From a virus (Duplodnaviria > Caudoviricetes): 52,530 bases of DNA. The DNA lies in IMG/VR virus record IMGVR_UViG_3300032325_000423, positions 1 through 52,530 of that record. One strand, given 5' to 3'. A program made the translations under genes and the position numbers. Position 1 is the first letter of the stretch. Each line of letters begins with the position of its first letter. Shown here piece after piece: positions 26,904-35,072 of the stretch. Under the pieces are notes generated by a model that made no database searches, was not told where the DNA came from, and saw nothing but the letters and a program-made list of their open reading frames with translations.

Positions 26904-27128
26904 TTAGCGGGGGACAGTGATCATTCCGTTGAAGTGCGAAAAGGTCAGCTTGAGAAACCTATTCGGGTACTTCTCGTTGATGTACGCTTGTGCAGAACTT
27001 TTCCGATTATCGGTAGCACCAACGTACTGAACAACCGTACCATCTTGATCGGTTACTTTCCAAACCTTCTTCTGAACGATACGAGGAAGGCCACTGATGA
27101 AACTGTTGACTGAAACTACTTTTTCCAT
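26904..27128 (-). CDS. hypothetical protein
   Basis: Start MEKVV; promoter 27165-27193. Confidence 0.65.
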   Translation of the reverse strand: MEKVVSVNSFISGLPRIVQKKVWKVTDQDGTVVQYVGATDNRKSSAQAYINEKYPNRFLKLTFSHFNGMITVPR

Positions 27129-27257
27129 TTTCTCTTCTCTTTCTTTCTTACTTCTTATATCGACATTATACCCTGTCATACTTGAGATTGCAAGAGAAAT
27201 CTGCCAATTTTATTGTCAAGAAAATTTGACAAAACTTTTCAGTATTTTCTTTGGTAT

Positions 27258-27273
27258 TGGCACGGCTTTTGCT
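27258..27273 (+). promoter_or_regulatory. sigma54 (-24/-12) consensus
   Basis: TGGCACG-GCTT-TTGCT. Confidence 0.7.
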
Positions 27274-27280
27274 AATTCTT

Positions 27281-27362
27281 TGTAAGTCGTTATGGGCTAA
27301 GTACTTACGTCAAGCCTGGGCGCCCCGCCTTGCCCTAAGTGCTTATAGGACAAGGCTTTGCG
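27281..27362. repeat. 82-bp element A, copy 15
   Basis: 29+24+29 architecture. Confidence 0.9.
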
Positions 27363-27364
27363 TA

Positions 27365-27580
27365 TCAAGAGGCGTGAATGAACACTTGTTCACTTCTGAG
27401 TCGGTTATTAATGGTTACGATCCAGTTCTTTCCGCTACCATCTTCCCTCATGATGCCATTGATGATGCCCATATGAGCGTTGCCCTTTGGGTCGAGTACG
27501 CAGTGATACTTGCCAGTTCGCATAGCATCAAAAAGCTTATCAAGGTTGTTCGTCACGATTTTGTAGTTAGTCTTAAACAT
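27365..27580 (-). CDS. hypothetical protein
   Basis: GAGGA RBS; REDGSGKNW. Confidence 0.7.
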   Translation of the reverse strand: MFKTNYKIVTNNLDKLFDAMRTGKYHCVLDPKGNAHMGIINGIMREDGSGKNWIVTINNRLRSEQVFIHAS

Positions 27581-27645
27581 CTTTTCCTCTTAGGTTGATT
27601 CTATTCTATCGTTTTGCTCTTACGTTGTCAATACTGTACGAACTA

Positions 27646-27879
27646 TCAGTTGACCGCAAAATCATCGATAACGTATCCCATATCGTCAATCTCGATCCAA
27701 CCGCCATCGTCCATGAACCCAAGCTCATCATCGATTGCAATCTGGTTGTATCCGCTCGCACGGACATGGTCGAGAAGATCAGCAGCAAAAGCAACACGAC
27801 CAACCAAAGTAGAAAGGCTGGTGTTGTCAAGGAACTCTCTCAACTCAGCCACAGTGTTCAGAACAATCAGGTTTTCCAT
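27646..27879 (-). CDS. acidic hypothetical protein
   Basis: Start MENLIV after AAGGA. Confidence 0.65.
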   Translation of the reverse strand: MENLIVLNTVAELREFLDNTSLSTLVGRVAFAADLLDHVRASGYNQIAIDDELGFMDDGGWIEIDDMGYVIDDFAVN

Positions 27880-28010
27880 TTTCTTATCCTTTTCTTCTTT
27901 CGTTTTCTCTTGTGTTCTTATTATACAGTATTTATCGACCATTGCAAGAGAAATCTTTGGAATTTTTGAAATATAATTTCATGCCAAACACAATATTTTT
28001 TTATATGTGT

Positions 28011-28092
28011 CCTAAGTCTATATTTGGCAAGGAGTTACGTCAAGCCTGGGCCGCCCGCCTATCCCTAAGTCCTTATAGGACAATTACTTAGA
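28011..28092. repeat. 82-bp element A, copy 16
   Basis: 29+24+29 architecture. Confidence 0.9.
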
Positions 28093-28237
28093 GAATCGTA
28101 CCATCACCACGAATACGATACATGATACCGCCGATACTGTACAGGCTTATACCCTCACCCATGTGCTGTACAAACGTAGCAGAATAACCGTGTCGAGCAA
28201 CTAGGCGGCGAATGGTGTTTTGTACTTGAATGGTCAT
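28088..28237 (-). CDS. small hypothetical protein
   Basis: Manual translation MTIQVQNTIRRLVARHGYSATF...; GAGGGA RBS; stop inside repeat A16. Confidence 0.6.
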   Translation of the reverse strand: MTIQVQNTIRRLVARHGYSATFVQHMGEGISLYSIGGIMYRIRGDGTIL

Positions 28238-28300
28238 CGTATTCCCTCTTGTGTTGATTCTATTATAGCTTATCGTCTACGATGCTGTCAATAGATGAAT

Positions 28301-28549
28301 TTAAAATTCCCCATCGTCAAGGCCCGGAATATAATCGGCCTCATCGGCACAGGCTTCACACACCATGTCATAGTAGAGATCGTTTACGTTGTTCAGAATC
28401 TGATTCTCTGAACGAATCCACACACCGTCATGGATCATGTCTTTCGGCTCAATTTTGAACGATGCTCCTGCTTGAATCACTCGCACCCTATGCGAATCCT
28501 TGCCAAAAACCTGTCGAACAGCAGCCATCACCTTGTCGAGCGTAATCAT
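28301..28549 (-). CDS. hypothetical protein
   Basis: Start MITLDK after AAGGA. Confidence 0.65.
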   Translation of the reverse strand: MITLDKVMAAVRQVFGKDSHRVRVIQAGASFKIEPKDMIHDGVWIRSENQILNNVNDLYYDMVCEACADEADYIPGLDDGEF

Positions 28550-28673
28550 TTTCTTTTCCTTTGTCCTATCGTTCTCTTGTGCTTTTATTATACAGTATTT
28601 ATCGACACTTTCAAGAGAAATCTTTGGAATTTTTAAAATATAATCCCGTACCAAACCAAAAAAATCTTTTTGT

Positions 28674-28755
28674 CATAAGTCTTTGGCAGCAAACAACTTA
28701 GGAACAATTTTTGCGACATAATATGACGTAAGTTCTTACCCCACAACAACTTAGG
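28674..28755. repeat. 82-bp element A, copy 17 (AT-rich linker, right border)
   Basis: CATAAGTCTTT-N7-AACAACTTAGG, 24-bp linker, CGTAAGTTCTT-N7-AACAACTTAGG. Confidence 0.85.
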
Positions 28756-28849
28756 GGGTTTTTTCATTTGATATGGTACTATGGGGAATTTCTCAGAAAA
28801 TGCCGGGTGGTGTATACGCAGTACCAACCACCAAAACAAATTAGCCAGT

Positions 28850-29158
28850 TTAATATCCAAATAATCTACATTTTGGACCAGTAGGAACAGTATATACAGG
28901 ACTCATTGGAACATATGAAGGAACAAAGAGATGCTGATAAACAGGAACCACTGGAACGTACTGAACATATTGAGGATATACAAAAAACTGGCCCCCATAA
29001 TATACATTTGGCCGGTTTTCCCAATAATAGATAGGACCATAGTTGTAGATAGGATAATTAGAAGCAGGATATACAGTATTAGCAGGCCCCCAAGCTTGTT
29101 GAGCATAACCTTCTGCACAAAATAGTCCTAGACATAACACCATTAATAACGTTTTCAT
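28850..29158 (-). CDS. secreted Tyr/Pro/Val-rich protein
   Basis: Signal peptide; low-complexity YVPV repeats. Confidence 0.65.
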   Translation of the reverse strand: MKTLLMVLCLGLFCAEGYAQQAWGPANTVYPASNYPIYNYGPIYYWENRPNVYYGGQFFVYPQYVQYVPVVPVYQHLFVPSYVPMSPVYTVPTGPKCRLFGY

Positions 29159-29159
29159 A

Positions 29160-30095
29160 TTACTTTTCTCCTTTTTTAAGATTGATCCACCAGTTTATAG
29201 TATCGACAAGCCCATCATGAAACTTTACATTAGGCTCCCAGCCCAAGATATTTCTTGCTTTTGTAGTATCTAATAGTCTGCGAGGCTGTCCATTAGGCAT
29301 GGAACTATCCCAAACTATCTCTCCTTTAAAATTGCAAATCTCTTTAATCATTTCGGCCAATCCCCTTATTGTTATCTCTTTTGAAGATCCTAGGTTGACA
29401 TTATCAGCATCAGAACATTTATCTATAGCCAACACAATCGCCCTCGCTGCATCATCAACATGAAGAAACTCTCTAGTAGCACTACCATCTCCCCAACAAG
29501 ATACTTCTTTTAAATTACTGTCCACAGCATCCACGAACTTTTTAATTAAAGCCGGAATCACATGACTAGATTTTTCGTCAAAATTATCATTAGGACCATA
29601 TAAATTACAAGGTAATAGTACTATACTTTTAAAATTATATTGACTATAGTATGCTTTCAACATAACCCCCAGAGCCTTCTTAGCTACTCCATAAGGAGCA
29701 TTAGTCTCTTCTGGAAAACCCTCCCATATATCATCTTCTAGAAAAGGAACTCTACAATACTTAGGATAAGAACACACTGTCCCCACCTGCACAAACTTTT
29801 CTACATTATTTCTTCTACTATGCTCTATAACATTCATACCCATCATCATATTATCATAAAAATATTCTCCAGGGTATTTTCTATTAGCCCCTATCCCACC
29901 AACCACAGCAGCTAAATGTATTACAATATCCGGATTTACTTCTTGAAATAATACTTTGGTATCATAATTTTTAGTTAGATCATAATCCATGCTACGAGGA
30001 ATAAAGATATCCTTCTCTTCATACCCAGAACTTATTAGATAGTTTAAAACTCTACTACCTAAGAATCCGCTTCCTCCAGTTAATAATATTCTCAT
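29160..30095 (-). CDS. fcl: GDP-L-fucose synthase
   Basis: TGGSGFLG, HLAAVVGGIGAN, YGVAK, NLYGPNDNF, SHVIPALI, WGDGSATREFLHVDD. Confidence 0.95.
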   Translation of the reverse strand: MRILLTGGSGFLGSRVLNYLISSGYEEKDIFIPRSMDYDLTKNYDTKVLFQEVNPDIVIHLAAVVGGIGANRKYPGEYFYDNMMMGMNVIEHSRRNNVEKFVQVGTVCSYPKYCRVPFLEDDIWEGFPEETNAPYGVAKKALGVMLKAYYSQYNFKSIVLLPCNLYGPNDNFDEKSSHVIPALIKKFVDAVDSNLKEVSCWGDGSATREFLHVDDAARAIVLAIDKCSDADNVNLGSSKEITIRGLAEMIKEICNFKGEIVWDSSMPNGQPRRLLDTTKARNILGWEPNVKFHDGLVDTINWWINLKKGEK

Positions 30096-30099
30096 ATAT

Positions 30100-31911
30100 T
30101 TACTCCACAGTTACGCTTTTGGCTAAATTTCTAGGTTTGTCCACATCACATCCTTTAGATAGAGCAACATAATATGCTAGCAACTGCAAAGGAATTACAG
30201 ATAAGATAGGACTCAAGATATCTATAGAACTTTTCATATCTATATGATAACAAGATTCATTATTACTATTTGCCCCAACACTAATAACATTAGCGCCCCT
30301 AGACTTTATTTCTTGAATATTGCTGATCATTTTGCTACTCTGACTCTGATTATTTAAAAGAGCCACCACCACACTATCCTCATCTATTAAAGCTATCGGA
30401 CCATGTTTCATTTCTCCAGCAGCATATCCTTCAGCATGAATATAGGATATTTCTTTTAGTTTAAGAGCCCCCTCTAAAGCTATTGGATAACAAACTCCCC
30501 TTCCCAAATACAAGCAATTATTCTTAGAAGAGATATACTCTGCTATATTCTTAATATTGTCATGATCTTTATTTAAAAAACTATTCATATCACTAGGGAG
30601 ACTTAATAATTGATTTATTACATCTATTCTATTGTTATTTTTATAAGGCAAATTTTGTTCTATCCACAAAGCTAAAAGCAATATTGATATTACCTGATTC
30701 GTAAATGCTTTTGTACTAGCAACCCCAATTTCTCTACCAGCTCTGATATGTATACCACAATCTGTGAGTCTGGCAATAGAAGAATTAACAATATTTGTTA
30801 CTCCTACTATCATAGCCCCTTTATTTTTTGCTTCCTCTAATGCACTAATAGTATCCGCAGTTTCTCCCGACTGAGATATTCCTATAACAATGTCTCTATT
30901 TTTAATTGAGTTGTTATTTCTATATCTAAATTCACTAGCATGTTCCACACTAGTTTTAATACCACATAATTCTTCTATAAAATACTTACCCAGTATACCA
31001 GCATGATAACTAGAACCACACGCCACAATAGTAATATGATTAGCATTAGCAAAAACATTCTCATATCCTAGAAAACCACCCAGCTTTATCTTTCCTTCAG
31101 ATATTCTGCCCCTTAAGCACATATCTATGCAACTAGGCTGTTCATATATCTCTTTCAGCATAAAGTGGTCAAAACCTTCTTTATCTGTATAACCCTCTTC
31201 AAGTCCAACATCCTCTATCTTGTATGACAATTCTGACCAATCATGAAAATTCATAAACTTATCAATACCATTAGTCAGATCACATATGCTACTATCAGGA
31301 ACATATATAATCTTGTCACAATATTCAGATATGGCTAAACTATCACTTCCCAAGTACAAACCATCCTTATCATATCCTATAACCATAGGACTTCCTTTTC
31401 TGGCACATATCATTTGACCATTTTCCGCCAGTATCACTATAGCAAAAGCCCCATCAACCAAAGAGCAACTTTCTCTAACAGCCAGCAATAGATTTTGACT
31501 TTGTTCATATTTTTCGTATATTAAATAGAGCAAAACCTCACTATCTGTATCACCCTTGATCTTGTCTTTATATTTTAAATTTTCCTTTATACTCTTATAA
31601 TTCTCAATAATACCATTATGAACCAGACTCAAACTATTGTCCCAAAGAACCAAAGGATGACAATTTTCAAAACTAGGTTTTCCATGGGTGGCCCATCTGG
31701 TATGAGCAACTCCGCTCAACCCTGTTAGATTTGGTGATACAAAGTGTTCTAATTCGCTAACTTTGCCAACGCTCTTGATAGTTTGTAGGCCATCGCTGTT
31801 TAAGATAGTTAATCCTGCACTATCATATCCGCGATACTCTAATTTGTGTAATCCATTAAGCAAAAAAGGCAAGCAATTATGCCTGCCTTTATAAGCTACT
31901 ATTCCGCACAT
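30100..31911 (-). CDS. glmS: glutamine-fructose-6-phosphate aminotransferase
   Basis: MCGIV, LEYRGYDSAG, HTRWATHG, SQSGETADT, C-terminal PRNLAKSVTVE. Confidence 0.97.
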   Translation of the reverse strand: MCGIVAYKGRHNCLPFLLNGLHKLEYRGYDSAGLTILNSDGLQTIKSVGKVSELEHFVSPNLTGLSGVAHTRWATHGKPSFENCHPLVLWDNSLSLVHNGIIENYKSIKENLKYKDKIKGDTDSEVLLYLIYEKYEQSQNLLLAVRESCSLVDGAFAIVILAENGQMICARKGSPMVIGYDKDGLYLGSDSLAISEYCDKIIYVPDSSICDLTNGIDKFMNFHDWSELSYKIEDVGLEEGYTDKEGFDHFMLKEIYEQPSCIDMCLRGRISEGKIKLGGFLGYENVFANANHITIVACGSSYHAGILGKYFIEELCGIKTSVEHASEFRYRNNNSIKNRDIVIGISQSGETADTISALEEAKNKGAMIVGVTNIVNSSIARLTDCGIHIRAGREIGVASTKAFTNQVISILLLALWIEQNLPYKNNNRIDVINQLLSLPSDMNSFLNKDHDNIKNIAEYISSKNNCLYLGRGVCYPIALEGALKLKEISYIHAEGYAAGEMKHGPIALIDEDSVVVALLNNQSQSSKMISNIQEIKSRGANVISVGANSNNESCYHIDMKSSIDILSPILSVIPLQLLAYYVALSKGCDVDKPRNLAKSVTVE

Positions 31912-31929
31912 AGTAAGTTGATCCTATTT

Positions 31930-32160
31930 TCAAGCAACAGCTTCATTGTTCTTATTGTCCACAATTGGCTTAACCTTCTTGGGACGACCACGCTCCTTCT
32001 TGATTGTTAGCTTGCGGCGCTGTCTGCGGATCATAGCGGTAGTAATATTTTGACTAGTCATTTGACTAAGCTTTACAGCTAGTTGCTCGTCCGACAGCAA
32101 TCCGTGGTTGTTCTTGATAAAGTCTGTTTCCGAAATTGTCCACTTTTTGTAAGTTGCCAT
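31930..32160 (-). CDS. small HTH-like DNA-binding protein with AT-hook
   Basis: W...E..FI......SDEQLA..L pattern and RGRPKK. Confidence 0.6.
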   Translation of the reverse strand: MATYKKWTISETDFIKNNHGLLSDEQLAVKLSQMTSQNITTAMIRRQRRKLTIKKERGRPKKVKPIVDNKNNEAVA

Positions 32161-32240
32161 TTTTATCTCCTGAGATTGACTAGTATTGATACAAATCTAC
32201 TATATACTAGAAGTTGGTAATTTAAGTGCAAGGAGACATT

Positions 32241-32390
32241 ATGAATAATATTGACCTAATTAATTCAATTTTAGAAGTAAAGGCATCTGGATCCCTTGAT
32301 ATCGAACAAGACCTATTACTACCAGAAGGAAAGAGCATAGCAGAACTATTACATGACCAAGAAAAAAACGAATCAAAAAAAGAAAATTAA
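32241..32390 (+). CDS. small hypothetical protein
   Basis: AAGGAG RBS; MNNIDLINSILEVKAS... 49 aa (manual). Confidence 0.55.
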   Translation: MNNIDLINSILEVKASGSLDIEQDLLLPEGKSIAELLHDQEKNESKKEN

Positions 32391-33003
32391 TCCAGAATTA
32401 CCAAATGGTGTTTCAGAAGAAGATTTTTTAAGAGTATTAGATAATATAAGCAAAAGACTCGGACATAAATTCCGATTTGGTTATCACGACTTCGACGACA
32501 TGAAACAACAAGCGGCTATTTTTGCCATAGAGGGTTTAGAAAAATACGATAATAGTCGTCCACTAGAAAACTTTCTATGGACACACGTTAGAAATCGTCT
32601 ATTTAATTACAAACGAAATAATTACCAAAGACCAGATAAGCCATGTTTGACTTGTCCATTTTTTGATAAGCATTTTAAGTGTTCTTTAAATCAGTGCGAA
32701 AAATTTACAGACAAAAGTGAATGTGAATTATATGTTGCATGGTCCAACAGAAACGAAAGTAAGAAGAATATTATGCAACCTCATCAAATAGAAGATGAAT
32801 CTTCGCTTGGTTCTTATAATAGAAATTTTGTAGACTCTATTTCAGACAAAGAACTAATAGTTTTTCTAGATCAAAACATAGAAAGCGAATACAGAGAAGA
32901 TTATTTGAGACTCAAGCACGGAGAGAAGGTCACTAAGAACAAACTTCAAAAATTACAGAATCACGTTTTACAACTTATAGAACAATATAAGAATTCCAAA
33001 TGA
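32353..33003 (+). CDS. phage RNA polymerase sigma-factor-like protein
   Basis: Region-2-like DDMKQQAAIFAIEGLEKYD..RPLENFLWTHVRNRLFN, followed by Cys cluster. Confidence 0.7.
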   Translation: MTKKKTNQKKKINPELPNGVSEEDFLRVLDNISKRLGHKFRFGYHDFDDMKQQAAIFAIEGLEKYDNSRPLENFLWTHVRNRLFNYKRNNYQRPDKPCLTCPFFDKHFKCSLNQCEKFTDKSECELYVAWSNRNESKKNIMQPHQIEDESSLGSYNRNFVDSISDKELIVFLDQNIESEYREDYLRLKHGEKVTKNKLQKLQNHVLQLIEQYKNSK

Positions 33004-33818
33004 GTAACATACCAAAAAAACGCGGACAACTAAGTTTAGATGAAGAAAAGTTCATAAGAGACAATATAGATTCTATGTCTATTGGAAATATTGCGGATGC
33101 TATAAACAGAAATGTTGCACCAGTAGAAAGATACGTTAATGAAAACAAGCTACTCAATAGTACGTCTAAAGCAGACTATGATCTTTTAAAAAGGAAATTA
33201 CATAGCAAAACCTTTTGGCCAGAAATCATAAAGCAGTTCGATATAGAAACGGGCGAATTGAGTTACTTTGAAGATACGTGGATAGGACTAGTAAAACAAT
33301 TTAGAGAAGACGTACTACCAGCAGAAGAACTTCAAATCAAACAGTTTATCACGATAGATATTCTCATTAATAGAAGCATGAAAGATCGTAAAAGACATAT
33401 TGCAGAAACGGAAAAACTACAGAATATAGTAGATAAGGAATATGAAAAGCCAGAGGACCAAAGAGATATTCCCAAGCTAACGAGCATGGAAACACAATTA
33501 AGTTTCGCTCGTAACAGTATTGCTAATTATACTAATGAATATACAAAATTATTAAACGAGCAACAAAAGATTAGCAAAGATCTTAAAGCTACTCGTGAAC
33601 AAAGAATCAAAAGAATTGAAGACGGGAAAAGTAGTTGGACAGGATTAATACGAATGCTAGAAGACGAAGAATTAAGAGAACGCGAAGGAAGAGAGATGGA
33701 GATTTTATCCATGAGCGCTAATAAAGCAATGTCTCAGATGAAAGAGTATCACAAGTATCAGGACGGAGTTATAGACAGACCTTTTCTTACCCCAGAAAGT
33801 GTAGAAGACAATGAATAA
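33000..33818 (+). CDS. hypothetical HTH/coiled-coil protein (possible terminase small subunit)
   Basis: N-terminal HTH-like segment, coiled coil, position upstream of terL. Confidence 0.5.
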   Translation: MSNIPKKRGQLSLDEEKFIRDNIDSMSIGNIADAINRNVAPVERYVNENKLLNSTSKADYDLLKRKLHSKTFWPEIIKQFDIETGELSYFEDTWIGLVKQFREDVLPAEELQIKQFITIDILINRSMKDRKRHIAETEKLQNIVDKEYEKPEDQRDIPKLTSMETQLSFARNSIANYTNEYTKLLNEQQKISKDLKATREQRIKRIEDGKSSWTGLIRMLEDEELREREGREMEILSMSANKAMSQMKEYHKYQDGVIDRPFLTPESVEDNE

Positions 33819-34800
33819 AACTGCTATTATAACAGGAATAACTGGACAAGACGGTTCTTATCTGGCGGAGCTTCTCTTAAAAAAAGACTACAGAGTTATA
33901 GGATTATATAGACGTAGCAGTACAAATAGTTTCTCCAGAATTAATAGCGGGGTCTTGTCAGATACTAATTTAGTTTTGGAAGAGTTTGATTTGACTGATC
34001 CTAGTGATTGCTCTGCTATAATAGAAACATATCAGCCAGATGAGGTATATAATTTAGCGGCTCAAAGCCACGTTGCAACAAGCTTTAAGCAACCTACAAC
34101 AACAGTTGAAATAGATACCATAGGCGTTTTGAATTTATTAGAAGCTATAAGGGCACGTTGTCCGAAGAGTCGTTTTTATCAGGCTAGTACCAGTGAGATG
34201 TTTGGTTCCAATTATATAGAGGATACGGACCTAGGAAAATATCAAAACGAAGAAACGCCATTTGTTCCACAAAGTCCATATGCTATAGCAAAACTTGCAT
34301 CACACCATATGGTTAGAATCTATCGAGATGCATATAAATTATATGCTTGCTCTGGTATATTATTCAATCATGAAAGTCCAAGAAGAGGCGAAAATTTTGT
34401 TACTCGTAAAATTACTAAATACATTGGAGAACTAGTTAATCAACAAATAGATGGAAATAAACACAAACTAAGACTAGGTAATTTGGATGCTACTAGAGAC
34501 TGGGGACATGCGAGAGATTATGTATACGGGATGTATCTAATGTTACAACAAAATTCTCCAAAGGATTATGTATTAGCTACTGGAGAATCTCATACTGTCA
34601 GAGAGTTTTTAGAAATAGCATTTAAGCATGTTAACTTAAACTATCAAGATTATGTTGTTGTAGATCCAGAATTTTATAGACCTTGCGAGGTTCCTTATTT
34701 AAGAGGAGATGCTTCTTTAGCTAAAAAAGAATTGGGCTGGATTAATAGAGTTTCTTTTGAAGAATTAGTATCAGAAATGGTACAGCAAGATGTAAGGTAG
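33811..34800 (+). CDS. gmd: GDP-mannose 4,6-dehydratase
   Basis: ITGITGQDGSYLAE, NLAAQSHV, FYQASTSEMFG, SPYAIAK, FNHESPRRGENFVTRK. Confidence 0.97.
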   Translation: MNKTAIITGITGQDGSYLAELLLKKDYRVIGLYRRSSTNSFSRINSGVLSDTNLVLEEFDLTDPSDCSAIIETYQPDEVYNLAAQSHVATSFKQPTTTVEIDTIGVLNLLEAIRARCPKSRFYQASTSEMFGSNYIEDTDLGKYQNEETPFVPQSPYAIAKLASHHMVRIYRDAYKLYACSGILFNHESPRRGENFVTRKITKYIGELVNQQIDGNKHKLRLGNLDATRDWGHARDYVYGMYLMLQQNSPKDYVLATGESHTVREFLEIAFKHVNLNYQDYVVVDPEFYRPCEVPYLRGDASLAKKELGWINRVSFEELVSEMVQQDVR

Positions 34801-34805
34801 TAGCT

Positions 34806-35072
34806 ATGAAAAGAAATTTTAAAGATCCACAATACAAGGAATGGAGAAAGAAGGTGTACTCCAGAGACAAACATAAATGTCGTTGGCCTAATTGTGGAGT
34901 TAACAAGAAATTGAATGCTCATCATATAAAAACTTGGGCTGGGTTTCCAGGACTTAGATTTGAGGTCTCTAATGGAATAACACTATGTAAGCATCATCAT
35001 GACATGATAAAAGGCATGGAGGAAATATACGCAGCAGTATTACTCAAATTAGCGAGTAGCAATGATGAATAA
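34806..35072 (+). CDS. HNH endonuclease
   Basis: RDKHKC..C...AHHI....NGITLCKHHH. Confidence 0.85.
   Translation: MKRNFKDPQYKEWRKKVYSRDKHKCRWPNCGVNKKLNAHHIKTWAGFPGLRFEVSNGITLCKHHHDMIKGMEEIYAAVLLKLASSNDE

Noticed and set aside
9696-28755. 82-bp elements as a CRISPR array
   Set aside because: Copies are degenerate and separated by 0.6-1.9 kb of genes rather than 30-40 bp spacers; no cas genes seen
9696-28755. 82-bp elements as ordinary intrinsic terminators, canonical attC or dif sites
   Set aside because: GC linker does not form a consistent hairpin with a U tract; no RYYYAAC/GTTRRRY ends; arms do not match the E. coli-type dif sequence and the core is 7 not 6 bp
11580-29125. Many plus-strand ORFs in the track (other than the HNH at 15647)
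   Set aside because: Antisense to better-supported genes, tRNAs or repeats, without RBS
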